A DNA stretch of 63,275 nucleotides, filler included, from Stramenopiles sp. TOSAG23-3 (taxonomy: Eukaryota): NCBI GenBank assembly GCA_900128585.1. It is 12 parts of 12 records of this genome, joined end to end, with 100 filler letters (N's around TTAATTAATTAA, not from the genome) between each part and the next. Parts side by side here need not be neighbours in the genome. Positions count along the whole stretch, not along the records: positions 17,003 to 22,565 come from LT643489.1; positions 22,666 to 28,226 come from LT643490.1; positions 28,327 to 33,887 come from LT643491.1; 9 more parts are not named here. One strand, given 5' to 3'. A model generated the notes under the pieces. The model was not told the DNA's origin, did not search any database, and saw only the letters and a program-made list of their open reading frames with translations. Within the stretch, counting starts at the first letter, position 1, and every line of letters begins with the position of its first letter. Positions 19,415-31,300 of the stretch are shown here, piece after piece. The position numbers were made by a program, and so were the translations under genes.

Positions 19415-21700
19415 CTATGATAGATCAAAGATAATATTGAATCGAGCGAGAAAATTGTTGTTCCAGTCCAGGGGGAAATAATTGGAAGATTTCTCGTACT
19501 CCTTTGGCGGCGGTGAAAAGGGCCACCACATTATGTAGTTTGTGCCCCAGAGATTATCCCAAAGAACAAATGAACTCCCGGCGGCGTTCGGGTTGGGGTT
19601 TGTGTCTGTTGGAGATGGATACGCTGACTCAAGCCCTAGCGATACCACGCTGGCATCCAACGAATTTATGTACATGTTCTTCGAAGATGCGCCTTTCTCA
19701 CCGTTTTGCACCAAAATTCCCTGGTCGGTGACCCCGTACAAATGCTTCGAACCCCCCGCAACAACGTTGTCGTCATTTTCCCATTCGCCAAGGCGAGAAA
19801 ATTCCCATGACCTGCCGTTATCAACTGGGTTGAATCGAACAAACATAGTTTCCGGTAAACGTGTCGTAGTTTTGTCGAAGAACCCGATCGAAACGCCCAG
19901 ATTATTCTCGGTCGCGCGTACTTTCACCCAGACTGTCTCTGCGGCACCGTACTCTGTCACTGGCGTGTCTTCGAACGATAGTTTGAGAAGAAAGGTGTAA
20001 TTTGTCTCCGCCTCTTTTCGAAAGTAAAGTTCTTCAAGTTGCGTGTTCCAAATCTTCCCGATTGTATCATCTGGAAGTCCCGGCTTCCCGTAGTCATGCA
20101 TGACCCACGACGCGTTGGACTTACAGTACGTCTTTAAAAACCTTTGAACGTCTGGCAACGAGTAAGTGCGATACTGCAGTTGAAGCAGCACGTTTTCGGC
20201 GCTCGCCCAAACCATTCCAGCATGGTCCAAGTGCTGAATAGACCCAGATGAATCAAAACCCAGGCCCAGCTTTCCTATTTTAAAAATCCTACCTATATCT
20301 GGAACAACCTCAAACTTTGATACATCCGGGGTCTTCGGCTGCAATGATTGGAACCCTTCTTCGATGCTCTTCGCAAGTGGGTGCCCTCCTGCCAAGAGCG
20401 TTTCCATAAATATCGTAATCCCCCAATCCCTTTGCTCCCACCAGCTTGATTCCAGGGCTGCGTACTGGCTGGCGTTTGGGGACCCAGGGGCGCGAGCACG
20501 GTGAAAGTCCGCGTTTTTCCAATCGTAATTGTCGAACAAATTTGCTTTCACATCTTTCCCCCATGTGTGCTCCCCAAGCTTCAGTGCAAACCTGGTTGCG
20601 TTCCGAAGTACTGGGTCTTGCTTTAAAACGTCTTTTATGCCTCCTTCAGAGTGCCCCTTTGCAAGCTTGTCGTATTCACGATTAATAACCTTCATCCTGC
20701 TTAATTTTTGGGGGTCCGACGGGGCCCCAAAGATCCACGTGTCCCCTACTTCCGCGTCCACGACTGGCAATTTGTCCCGCGCTGCCTCCAAATACTGGGT
20801 AAAGTTGTCAAATGTCGAGGCAACAATCTTTGCATTCGGGAACACTTGCTCTATTTCTTTCCATTTTTGTGCGTAATCGCTAATGTTCGAAAAAGGCCCT
20901 GCGTTGTCTCCGTTCCAATTGTACACCAGCGCGTGGTCAAGTCCGTCCACAACGCACATCCTCTGCTGTACGCCGCTGCCCGTGATTGGAAAGCTACCAT
21001 ACCCAGGCCAAGTGAATAAGCCCAATATTGATTCCATGGAATCCTTGTCTTGCCACACAAAACATGGTGGAAGATCTGGGGGAGTGCTGCCACCGTTTGC
21101 ACCGATGCTGACAGCGGTCACATTATTCCGCTTTAATATCGGAATTACAGACTTCGTCACCCCCGGAACATCCCTTTGGGACAGTGTCCTCTTTCGCTTC
21201 AGGCCAAATGCATCGTCTAAACCAAACGTCAAGTCCAACCCAGCTTCGATCAGGCTGGGGCTCATCATTTCCAACTGTGCGTTATGCGGGAAAGCGTGCC
21301 ACACAACGTCTCCGTGCTTGATGGCTTCTTTAAAATCGGCGACAGCGGATGCGGTAGGGCAGTGCAACCCCATGTTTTCAGGGCAATCCAGATACATAGA
21401 GACCACCCAAGCTTGGAACATAAAGTTTAACCTGTTGCTTTGGTAGGCACTCGGAAACTCCCCTCGGCGAATTTGCTTTCCCAACGACACGGCAAGAGGG
21501 AAGTGATGATCAAAGTACAAATTTAGAATCCCTGCGCTTGAGGTTTTAAAACCAATATCTAAATGGCAGCTAGTGATTACATGAACAAACTTAACATCGG
21601 AATACGTCTCTTTAGCAATTCCAGGCATGGCAAAAACCACAATGACGATGAAGGAAACGACGAACAGTATAGTCGTGCCTGGGACGCTTCCGGTCGCCAT
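19415..21700 (-). CDS. Secreted glycoside-hydrolase-like protein (DUF5054 / GH38-N-like barrel)
   Basis: Signal peptide; motifs VHVITSCHLDIGF, WHAFPHN, DVPG, DNAGP, EVGDTWI, EHTWG and NLWGTNY. Confidence 0.8.
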   Translation of the reverse strand: MATGSVPGTTILFVVSFIVIVVFAMPGIAKETYSDVKFVHVITSCHLDIGFKTSSAGILNLYFDHHFPLAVSLGKQIRRGEFPSAYQSNRLNFMFQAWVVSMYLDCPENMGLHCPTASAVADFKEAIKHGDVVWHAFPHNAQLEMMSPSLIEAGLDLTFGLDDAFGLKRKRTLSQRDVPGVTKSVIPILKRNNVTAVSIGANGGSTPPDLPPCFVWQDKDSMESILGLFTWPGYGSFPITGSGVQQRMCVVDGLDHALVYNWNGDNAGPFSNISDYAQKWKEIEQVFPNAKIVASTFDNFTQYLEAARDKLPVVDAEVGDTWIFGAPSDPQKLSRMKVINREYDKLAKGHSEGGIKDVLKQDPVLRNATRFALKLGEHTWGKDVKANLFDNYDWKNADFHRARAPGSPNASQYAALESSWWEQRDWGITIFMETLLAGGHPLAKSIEEGFQSLQPKTPDVSKFEVVPDIGRIFKIGKLGLGFDSSGSIQHLDHAGMVWASAENVLLQLQYRTYSLPDVQRFLKTYCKSNASWVMHDYGKPGLPDDTIGKIWNTQLEELYFRKEAETNYTFLLKLSFEDTPVTEYGAAETVWVKVRATENNLGVSIGFFDKTTTRLPETMFVRFNPVDNGRSWEFSRLGEWENDDNVVAGGSKHLYGVTDQGILVQNGEKGASSKNMYINSLDASVVSLGLESAYPSPTDTNPNPNAAGSSFVLWDNLWGTNYIMWWPFSPPPKEYEKSSNYFPLDWNNNFLARFNIIFDLS

Positions 21701-22665
21701 TTTCTTCCTTTTTCGGGTAGTAAAAAACTACGTACTACAGGTAGATATTTTCTTCAATGCTGTTGTTGTAACTTCTACTTATTCTGTCGGCTTTTTGTTC
21801 GGGGGGGTATTAAACGATTCTTTGTTTTTCAACTCAATCTATCACTTTCAATAAATTCAATAACAAACAACACACGATAGAAATGGGTTAGACTAGACTA
21901 GTCCCCAGTTGTGTGAAATTGAAGATTGATTATCATCATCAATTGTTCATCATCAGGGATGGATGTGGATGTGGATGTGGAGATGGGAAGTCGTCGTATC
22001 GTACATCGTACACCACGATACAAGATACAAGATACACAAGAAGCGAGTGGAGCAATTATTCCTTCTTCCTTCCTCCTTCCTCTGCGTTAAATAAATTTGA
22101 CGACTCCTCGTATACCCATACTATACTATTTAAATAGCAAAGAAAAAAGGGTTACAAGTACGATATCGCGTAGCCTGCCTCCCATGGACGATGTAGGGAT
22201 GATGGTGTTTCGGTGTTCACGTTTTGTTTGATAGGTAGGCACTGTACCCAGACGACCATCGATCATCCGAGATCAGAGGTCAATTCAAAGCCGACGCCGC
22301 CAGTGCCGCCCACGACATACACGGCGACCAGGGGACAGAACGAACTTTGGATACTGCTGCAGCCCTTTTTGTGAAACAACCCCTTTTTCTAAAGTAGTAA
22401 TCACCACCAGCGCGTTTGACGCCGAGTTATCTCTATTTTATACTATTGATACTGACCAAGCTGAGTAAGAGGATATTTTGCTGTACCTATAACTAATGGG
22501 TTTATGCTGTTCGCGTAACTGCTTCTGTCCGTGCATGAAACGGGCGGACAAGACGGCGATGGGAGNNNNNNNNNNNNNNNNNNNNNNNNNNNNNNNNNNN
22601 NNNNNNNNNTTAATTAATTAANNNNNNNNNNNNNNNNNNNNNNNNNNNNNNNNNNNNNNNNNNNN

Positions 22666-23192
22666 AGACTATCGATAGACCCCTGAAGGGAGTTGAATGA
22701 ATCCATCTGGAGAATATCGCCATCGTATGACACATTGTTTGCAAGGCAATTAAGTAACCCTGTTGTTTTCTTAACCTCTTCAGTCATGGCCTTGAGCTTG
22801 ATTTTTGCTTTTCCCCAGCTTCGCTGCTTGATAAGATTGTCAATTTCTGTACAATGAAATTCGTAGTAAAATGCAAGCACTTTAGCAGCCCGTCTCTGCT
22901 GTTTATTCTTAGCCTCCTGTTCAACTGTCTGATTTTTGACCCCCAGAATTACGGCCCTCTGTGCCTTTTTACACCTGAGAATGTACAGTTCCAAGAATAT
23001 TTTCCCTACCGTGATCGCCTTTTTGTCGCGACTGTTTTTGCAAGTTAGTAGAAACGCGGCTTTCACCGCAACGTCTCCGCTAATGCGATTCCAATAGTCC
23101 GTAACAACCTGATTGATCGGAGTAACCTGGTTCCATTTAGTCTCGGATTCCTTCAATTTATTTAATCTTTCGAAGACGTCCCTTAAAACCAT
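22666..23192 (-). CDS. 5' part of an unknown helical protein, truncated by the contig edge
   Basis: About 175 codons open from an ATG to the contig edge; no motif recognised. Confidence 0.45.
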
Positions 23193-24420
23193 CTTGACCC
23201 TTTTCGTTTATTTGCTGACTGATGCGAATGCCGGTGGTTGTTGTAGATGCGTTTGTTTAAACGACTAAAAGCGTTGTTTATAAAAGCAAATAATGCTCTT
23301 TCGTTTCGTGCAATTGATTAAGGCTTAATATCCACTTTTCTTCGTGCTTTTATTTCTTCTTCTCTTCCTAATGAATCCCAATTTAATAATTGAACTAACA
23401 ACTCTTTTTTAATTTATTATACTTGTGGTAAATCTCATCCAATTTTTTTTTATTTATTATTATTATTTATTATTAATTGTTGAAAAAACGGATGATGATG
23501 ATGATTATTTTATTATTATTTGATTGACTACTATTATACCTCCTCGTCTCCTCGTTCACTAGACTATTTATACCGGTTCCGTACCTGGGTCCTGGAACCG
23601 AACTAGTCGTTCTATATAAATAGCACCAGTTAGTTTTTTTATCTTTTTGTTCGTTCATCGTATAGTACCTACCTGTTATTAATATAAATCCTATCTAAAT
23701 AATATATATTATTAACTACATAACATCTGTATGTCAATCTTGTTTTTTCTTCTATCTACATTCTCTTTTATTTAATTACATAACATTATATTGTATTTAT
23801 AAAACCAGAATTATCCCTGATCTTACCTATTTAATAATTGTATTATTATCTAGAGACTAGCTATAAATAAAAAAAGACCTAATAATTATTTTATATAAAT
23901 TGTAAAAATGAGGAATCGTTCCTTCCTTTTTTCAGAAAAGAGAAGAAAAAAAAGGGGGGGGGGGTCTGGGGGTCTGGTGAAATAGATATAGATCCAATGA
24001 TCTAAATAAGTTATTAACAGGTAGATAGTACCTAGATAAAATATCATTCATGTTTTCATTAGGAAATAAATATGTATTGTAATGTATAAAACAAGTACGT
24101 ATACATGGAAATAAAATGGATTATTCTTTTCCTTTTTTTAAAATATGACCAATTCGTAAAGAAGGTTCATATTAATACTAATTAGGTATTAAAATTAGAA
24201 GTATAAAAGAAGAAAGAAATAGAAAATAGAATTGACTTTTGTTACAATTGCATTGTCTGGTTTGTTTAGTCGACATGGAGGTGGATGGACGCTTCATCTT
24301 CAATTGAATTTGTATCAGTTTCATCTGTGTTGTTACGTAAAGTAGAATTAAAGAAGGTAATTCATTGGAGTAGTTTTAATTTCATACACTCCTGAAGTAT
24401 TTTTTATATTGTCATCCAAC

Positions 24421-27400
24421 ATGCGACGTGAATCTCGAAAGGCACGATATGCGTACCTCTTGCTTCTCTTGGTCGTTGCGGCTGAAGTGGTCTCTGTAGA
24501 ATCGACCATCGCAATGCGCCGGGGAAAGCACCCAGCCGCTATTGCAAAGCGGAAGGCAGAGGAAGCCGAAGACGCACGCAAAGAACAGGAAACCGCAAAA
24601 GAAAAGAAAAACACCCCTTCCGATCCAGATGATCAAAAGGGAAGTTTCATTTCCGACCAGATCCGAAAAGTGGACTGCGATGTCAAGCGCGTCTTTGAAA
24701 TCCTACGGGAAGCAAGGAAGGAAAAGATCAGGGTCTCCCCCAAAGAGCTTCAGGCACAGTTCAAAGCGTGCAGCAAGATGAAAGCCATGGCAAAAGCCAA
24801 GGATATGGGCTCCAAGGAAGAGAAAGAACAGAACAAGGAAGACAACGACAGCGAAGAGGAGGAGGAGAAGAACAAACTGCACACTATCTTCGAGGACAAC
24901 TTCCAAAGTGGGTGGCAGCGCAGAAAGTGGATGGAACCCGAAGGAAGGTACGCCCGTCTGTTCAGCAGCGGACGTGGCAACAAGGGCATCGTCGTGGACG
25001 GCAACAAAGCAGGCAAGTCCTTGAACAACAACGGGACCCGTACGTTGACCACCGACAAAATCGACGCAACCTTGGGCGGAACCCTCAGCTTCGACCTTAA
25101 GGTAGGCGATGCCGACGGGATTGGAAACTGCCAGCGCGAGTACAAGAAGCTTGTCAAGGCGGAGGAAGACGAGAAGCGCAGAATCGAGCAGGAAGAGAAG
25201 TACAAAGCCGAGCAAGCCGCGAAGAAGAAAGCCGAGCAGGACGCGAAGAAAAAGGCCGAGCAAGCGAAGAAAGCAAAGAAGAGGGCCGAAGAAGCACTTA
25301 AGAACAGGCGCAAGCAAGACGAAGAGAACGCCCGAAAGAAGTGCCTGAACTCCCCACCCTGCAATGGCCACGGAAAAGGCGTCTACTCGAGCAAGTGCGA
25401 CACCAAGACCTGGGTATGCCAACAAAGGCAGTGCGCATGCAACTGCCTCCCAGGGTTCTTGGGAACCCGTTGCGAAAAACGATTCTCCACTGGAAGCTGC
25501 CAGAGCGTCGGTGATCCCCACCCACGCACTGCTGACGGCATGCAATTCAACCTTTACGACGCCGGCGAGTTCTTGTACTTCAAGCACCCGAAGGTCGAGT
25601 CCGAAGTTCACTTGCTTACCCGCATGGCCCACCCACGCATTGCTGCCACCGCCGGTGTGGCCGTCAAGTACAAGGGTGCAACCATGGCGCTGGAGCACCC
25701 CAACTGCAAGAACGGCAACAGAGTTCAGATTCGCTACCAGGAGAACGGAAAGTGCAAGACGTTGGGCTGGGGTTCCAACTGGAACGCACCGAATGGCATG
25801 AAGCTGCGCGGAAGGCACATGTACACCCCGGACGGCATCGACATCTACACCGGTGGGTGGTTCAACTACCGATGGTACAAAGGTCCCTGTGGCTCGGCCA
25901 GCTGGTTGAACGTCTACGTACGATTCAAGGCCCCACGAGACGGGCTATCAACCGGGCTTTGCGGTAGCTTCGGACGAGGCCGAAGCCATGACCACAACAG
26001 GATCGTTGGCGGGGGCGGCCACCGCCACCACAACCAGGTCTCCAGATCGACTCGTGACCGCGAGATTGTCCAAGCCAAGGATTCCTTCTTTAAATGCGGA
26101 GAATGGAACCCTCAATTCCGTTACTCCCCATACTTCAAATCGTTGAAGGCCGGCCAATCCCTGCGAGCTATGACCCAGGCCGCCGCCATGGTTGACGCCG
26201 AGGCCAAGGTTGCCCGTGAGTTTGCCAGGGACCGTGTCTTGAACGAGAAGACCCTCGGCGACGAACCGGAGGGCAAAGAACCAATGACTAAGGAACAGGC
26301 CACGGCCGCGTGCAAGAAGAAGGAGGACATCACGACCGAAGAAGCCCTGAGCAACTGCATTAACGATCTTTCCATGACCGCTGACCCGAAAGTAGAAAAG
26401 GTCGCCGCCGCAGAAAGTGAAGAAGAGAACGAAGAAGCCGCCGAAGGCATCAAGGAAGACGAGGCGGACGAAGAACTTGAAATCGCTGCCGAGGCCAAGC
26501 TGAAGGTTGCTGGCGACCTGGACGTCCTCGTCCAATGGTGCACGGACGACTGCAAGAAAGAAAAGAACTGGAACCAGTTGAAAGCGTACCCCGAAAAGGT
26601 GTACGGAGATTTCTTGAAGGACAACTACCGCCGCATGACGGCCAAGTTGCCACCAAAAGCGCAAAAGAAGACCTTGCAGCTTCGCTGGTACCAGAAGGAG
26701 CACGAGTGCTTCTGCTGCAACCCATTCATGATCGACAACGTCAAGGTCGCCAGCGGTGGACTTCCCATTGCAATTGTTGCCGACAAGAAGTTCGAACTGT
26801 ACGCCGACGGAAAGAGCATCGGCGAGGGTGAATGGTGGGAGCCTGCCAAGGACACTTACCGCTTCCGCGCGCCATTTGACACCAAGGTATTTGCTGTCAA
26901 GGTCGACGGTGGGCACGAAGCCCGCATGGGCCTCATCGCCAAGTTGGGCCCATCCCTGGTCACCAGCTCCTCGTGGAAATGCACGGTCAACAAAGAAAAC
27001 CGGTGGAACCAGGCCAACTTTGACGACAAGCACTGGCCAGCGGCCGTCGAGGAAGGGCAGAACGGGATCTTGCCATGGGGCGAGCGACCAGGAATTGCCA
27101 AGAAAGCGTTCTGGATCTTCACCCACGACAACTACCGCATGAAGGGCCAAACAGCATACTGCCGTGTGAACGTTGCCGAGGCGAAACTGAGCCACAGCAA
27201 AGAAAACAAAGACGCAAGTCGCTGGACGTGCAAGGCCTCTGGAAACCGCCAGGCTCCTTCCGCCCTTCAATTGAACGGGGACATGATGACTGCCGTCGAA
27301 GTTCGCAATGGCGAAGAGAAAGACGAGCACTTCTCCCCCGGTGTGTCTCTCACCACCAAGGTAATTGGTGGAGACGAGAGTCGTATCTTGATGAAGATCA

Positions 27401-27843
27401 AGGCCAAGGCTTTCATGGACAAGAATATCGAAGGCGGAATGCTCAAACGCGCCGTCCTGCGAATGTTTGTTCTTGACGAGACCCCAAATAGTATTTACAT
27501 GTGCAAGGTCATTCGCAAGTGGTCTGCCGCCGACGTCACCTGGGGCACACAGCCCGCGTACGACGGGCCAAAGGAAAACTGCGTCACTGGCAAAGCCACC
27601 CAAAAGAAGCAATGGGCCGAGTTCGACATTAGCGACTGGATGCGCGATTGGGTATCCGACTCCAAGACCAACTTTGGTGTCGTATTCTTGCCCTCTGGAA
27701 GCGACGCAGCCTCCTTCGTCAACTTCATGGACCCAGACGCGGAACAACGCCCACGCCTGAGCATGTCGTGCCACGGTGATCGTGCTGACGCCACCGTTGT
27801 CTTCAAAGAGAAGAAAGTAAGCTTCAGAAAGACTAAGCAATAA
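24421..27843 (+). CDS. Large secreted multidomain protein: split reelin-like subrepeat, EGF, VWD (GDPH), beta-sandwich lectin-like module, DNRLRE/CBM96-like C-terminus
   Basis: Signal peptide; EGF CNGHG...CNCLPGFLGTRCE; VWD VGDPH..TADG...GLCG; reelin-like halves (RTLTTDKIDA...SFDL..G and VLVQW...W..L...R.T..LP..A....LRWYQ...IDNV); C-terminal VTW..QP...FDISDW...NFG...RPRL. Strong codon bias. Confidence 0.88.
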   Translation: MRRESRKARYAYLLLLLVVAAEVVSVESTIAMRRGKHPAAIAKRKAEEAEDARKEQETAKEKKNTPSDPDDQKGSFISDQIRKVDCDVKRVFEILREARKEKIRVSPKELQAQFKACSKMKAMAKAKDMGSKEEKEQNKEDNDSEEEEEKNKLHTIFEDNFQSGWQRRKWMEPEGRYARLFSSGRGNKGIVVDGNKAGKSLNNNGTRTLTTDKIDATLGGTLSFDLKVGDADGIGNCQREYKKLVKAEEDEKRRIEQEEKYKAEQAAKKKAEQDAKKKAEQAKKAKKRAEEALKNRRKQDEENARKKCLNSPPCNGHGKGVYSSKCDTKTWVCQQRQCACNCLPGFLGTRCEKRFSTGSCQSVGDPHPRTADGMQFNLYDAGEFLYFKHPKVESEVHLLTRMAHPRIAATAGVAVKYKGATMALEHPNCKNGNRVQIRYQENGKCKTLGWGSNWNAPNGMKLRGRHMYTPDGIDIYTGGWFNYRWYKGPCGSASWLNVYVRFKAPRDGLSTGLCGSFGRGRSHDHNRIVGGGGHRHHNQVSRSTRDREIVQAKDSFFKCGEWNPQFRYSPYFKSLKAGQSLRAMTQAAAMVDAEAKVAREFARDRVLNEKTLGDEPEGKEPMTKEQATAACKKKEDITTEEALSNCINDLSMTADPKVEKVAAAESEEENEEAAEGIKEDEADEELEIAAEAKLKVAGDLDVLVQWCTDDCKKEKNWNQLKAYPEKVYGDFLKDNYRRMTAKLPPKAQKKTLQLRWYQKEHECFCCNPFMIDNVKVASGGLPIAIVADKKFELYADGKSIGEGEWWEPAKDTYRFRAPFDTKVFAVKVDGGHEARMGLIAKLGPSLVTSSSWKCTVNKENRWNQANFDDKHWPAAVEEGQNGILPWGERPGIAKKAFWIFTHDNYRMKGQTAYCRVNVAEAKLSHSKENKDASRWTCKASGNRQAPSALQLNGDMMTAVEVRNGEEKDEHFSPGVSLTTKVIGGDESRILMKIKAKAFMDKNIEGGMLKRAVLRMFVLDETPNSIYMCKVIRKWSAADVTWGTQPAYDGPKENCVTGKATQKKQWAEFDISDWMRDWVSDSKTNFGVVFLPSGSDAASFVNFMDPDAEQRPRLSMSCHGDRADATVVFKEKKVSFRKTKQ

Positions 27844-28140
27844 ACATTTATCAAGTCAAAATACCTCAATATTATGAAAACAAAGATTCGTATCATAACA
27901 TATAAAAAGTATCATATCATAAAATAAAAAATTTTAAAACGATCCCACAACACCACCAAAAAACTCTAATCTGATAAGAGAATTTACGCCTCCTATCATA
28001 TGTAACTACTTTACAACTATTTCGTACTACGCTAATCACCACAAAAAAATTCAGCAGTTGTTTCGTAACAGCTACGGTACGGTAGCACAGCAGAGCAGCA
28101 GCGCGAAGAAGAAGCGAAGGAACAAAGCGAAAAAAACGCG

Positions 28141-28226
28141 AAGAAGAAAGAAGAAGAAGAAGAAGAAAGAAGAAGAAGAAGAAGAAAGAAGAAGAAGAAG
28201 AAGAAGAAAGAAGAAGAAGAAGAAGA
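28141..28226. repeat. (GAA)n-type microsatellite at the contig end
   Basis: Seen directly. Confidence 0.95.
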
Positions 28227-28326
28227 NNNNNNNNNNNNNNNNNNNNNNNNNNNNNNNNNNNNNNNNNNNNTTAATTAATTAANNNNNNNNNNNNNNNNNN
28301 NNNNNNNNNNNNNNNNNNNNNNNNNN

Positions 28327-31300
28327 CTAACGCGGATACTGACGTACATAGACAAATCTGGATTTGGTGCTTCAAGCGGGTTGCTTGGGATTCCAAACAG
28401 CTGTCGCGCTGCCGTACGGTACATGAAATCACCGCGCGAGTTCTCGTCGATGGCGGATGTACCATTGACAATACATTGCAAATGTTACCACATGAATGGG
28501 TTGCCATCAGATATGGAAAAGATTGCATCAAGGTTTCAAAAGATAGCCGTTGGTGACGATCCTGCGCAAATGCGTTTTGTTAAATCTACTGATAAAACGG
28601 AGACTATTGTTCTTAAAGCTGATGATTTTGCCACTAACAATTTTTCAGTATCAAATTATGGAAATTCGTTTTCCAATCTGTGTGCAGTTAACTTAGGCGC
28701 AGCAAGTATCTCCGGAGATGATTATGAGGCCTTTACTGGTAGGCCGTTGGCCAAAGTAGCAAACGTTTTCGAGTATGTTGAGGAAATGGCCCCGGATGAA
28801 ACAACAACAATTCCAACTGAACTCCCATTTGATTTATCCGGCTCCGAGATCGTTGCTAGCAAATTTGGGCAAGACACTGTCAAACGCTTGAGCAATGACA
28901 TGGCTTCCTATGCAAACAAAATGAACCAAATGAAGAACCTTTCTCTGCGCTGCATTTCAAAGGAACTTCTCGAAGATTATAATAAAGAATACACTGCCGC
29001 AGTCGACTCTAAGAAACCGACGTTGCCAAAACCATCTTTTGAAGCTAGCGCTAAAACAAAACTGAACGAGCTGGTCGGAAATCTGAAGAGTTCAAAGGAG
29101 AAAGATGTTGAGTCTATAAATTCAGCAATGAAATATTTGCTAAAAACCATTAATAACGTCGATTTCGAAGGAGATGAAAACGACTTGTCAAGGCGTTACT
29201 GTTTTGCTTTAAAGCGATATGTGGGTATGGTGCCCAGGATATCATGGGAAGATTTGGTTGCGGTCACCTTATCTGAAACGTGTGAACAAGATATTCTTCG
29301 CTGCAATCCCTTCCTGAAAGAAGCGAAGCTGGCCACGCTGTTGACGGCAGTCGCCGGTGTAACCCTCCGTACCAACAGAATATCTCATTTAAATTGGGCT
29401 ATATCTTCTGGGTTCAGTGTTCTTGGTGCTCTTAAATCTCATGCGCCGCCAAAAAATTTGATTAAAGAAGTCGCATCGCTTACAACTGTGCTTTGTATGT
29501 CTCGACACTATATAAAGAGCAACGGTGAGTTTGATCCTCGTTTTATGGTATTTGAGTATCTCTTCGGCCTCATTTTGCGAAAGTCACAGGTTTATTTGAT
29601 TAACACCTTCGTAAAACAGGCTACCGAAGGTGGAACAAACCTGGAAGGGTTCAAAACGAAATCTATGGTTCACCAAATGATCATGGGTGCGGGAAAAACT
29701 ACTGTTATTGGACCTTTGATGGCACTTATGATGGCAGACGGAAAAACTCTGGTGACCCAAGTTGTCCCCGATGCTCTGTTAGAAATGTCTCGTTCGGTGA
29801 TGTGGAATAGATTTGCGCAGGTGATCCCTAAACGCATTTATACACTATCATTTGGGCGTGGATTCCCTGCCCGTTATGAAACTGTCAACACATTGTTTAA
29901 AAAGTTAAAGGAGGCCCGCAATAATGGAGGTATTGTTTGCACTACCCCTGCAACAATAAAGTCAATAGTTAACAGATACGTGGAACTCATGAACAATGGC
30001 TTTGAGTTCGTAAATTCATGTAAACATTTGCAATTTTCTCACACAGTGCCTAAGCTGAAGTCGGTTGCGACGAGTTGGGCGTCGGCACGTCTCTCTAACA
30101 GCAAGAAAAAATCTCAATCTTCAAAGGCAGCTCGCGTGGAGCAGAAGATCAAAATGTGCATGGAAGAAACGAAAGCCGCCCACGGACTTGCGGAAATCTT
30201 ACATGTATTTCGCTCAGGGATCCTGCTTATGGATGAAGTGGACATGCTGCTTCACCCTCTACGATCAGAATTAAACTTTCCTGTTGGTGATAAGTATCCG
30301 CTAACGCCTGCGCCTCATAGATGGTCGCTTCCCATTCACATTATTGATGGGTTCTTATACGCTGCCTCGTACCCATCGAGTCTTGATCAACGAAGCCCTC
30401 CGACCTGTCTGAACGAACTGAAGGAGAAACTGAAAGTTGGATTTCGATCAAAAGCAATGCAGACTGTCCCCCACACTGTTCTAATTGACCAAGAGTTTTA
30501 TGCGTCGGAGATAAGGGGCCATATTGCCTCCTGGGTCATTGTATGGCTTCGGTCGAAACATTTCCTGAGCGCGCAAAGCGAAGCCGACGAAGACAATATA
30601 CGTCAGTACTTGCTTCATGGTGCAAGCTGCGAAGAAACGATCTGTGATTCCATTAAAAGCATGTTCGACGAAAACGAAGAGGGATTTCAAATGATGAACT
30701 TAGGTCACAATTGGGTGTGTTCAATATTACCGCATATACTTGGTAAAATTAATAGAATATCGTTTGGTTTACTAACCAAACAAGACTTAGCGTCCATGAA
30801 GAATGCGCAGCCGTTATCACGACAACTTTGCGCAGTTCCATTTATGGGGAAAGATGTACCGTCGGGTGCCGCTGAGTTTGCCCAGCCAGATTGTTTGATC
30901 GGAAGCACCATTTTAGCGTACAGATATGAAGGCCTTCGAATGCAGGATGTCAAAAGGGTAATCGTTCAACTGAAATATTCTGTGCAACATGAACCAGGAT
31001 CCCTTCACTCTCGACCCTCGTACATGCTGTTTGAACATTGGGTTGAAAACGCTTGCAGGCGCAATGACCGCGCTCGGACCGTTCCAGCATTAGATATTTT
31101 GCAGCCTAGCGAAGAACGGCAAATTTTGTGTGCATTTAATATTTTGCACGACTCTGCAGAGGTCACCTATTACTACTTGGAAACATTTGTCTTTCCGAAA
31201 TGCATGATGAACCAAAAATTAAAAATTGGATCGTCTGGCCAAGAGCTTGGAAGCGATATCCTGTTTGGAAGACGCCTGGGGTTCTCCGGGACTCCATCTA

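Noticed and set aside
22141-22565. Moderately GC-rich stretch at the end of contig 4 (ncRNA or exon?)
   Set aside because: No convincing ORF in the frames examined and no snRNA, tRNA or snoRNA hallmark recognised.
24703-27840. Long antisense ORFs (371 aa and 630 aa)
   Set aside because: Shadows of the strongly codon-biased sense gene, with no recognisable motifs.
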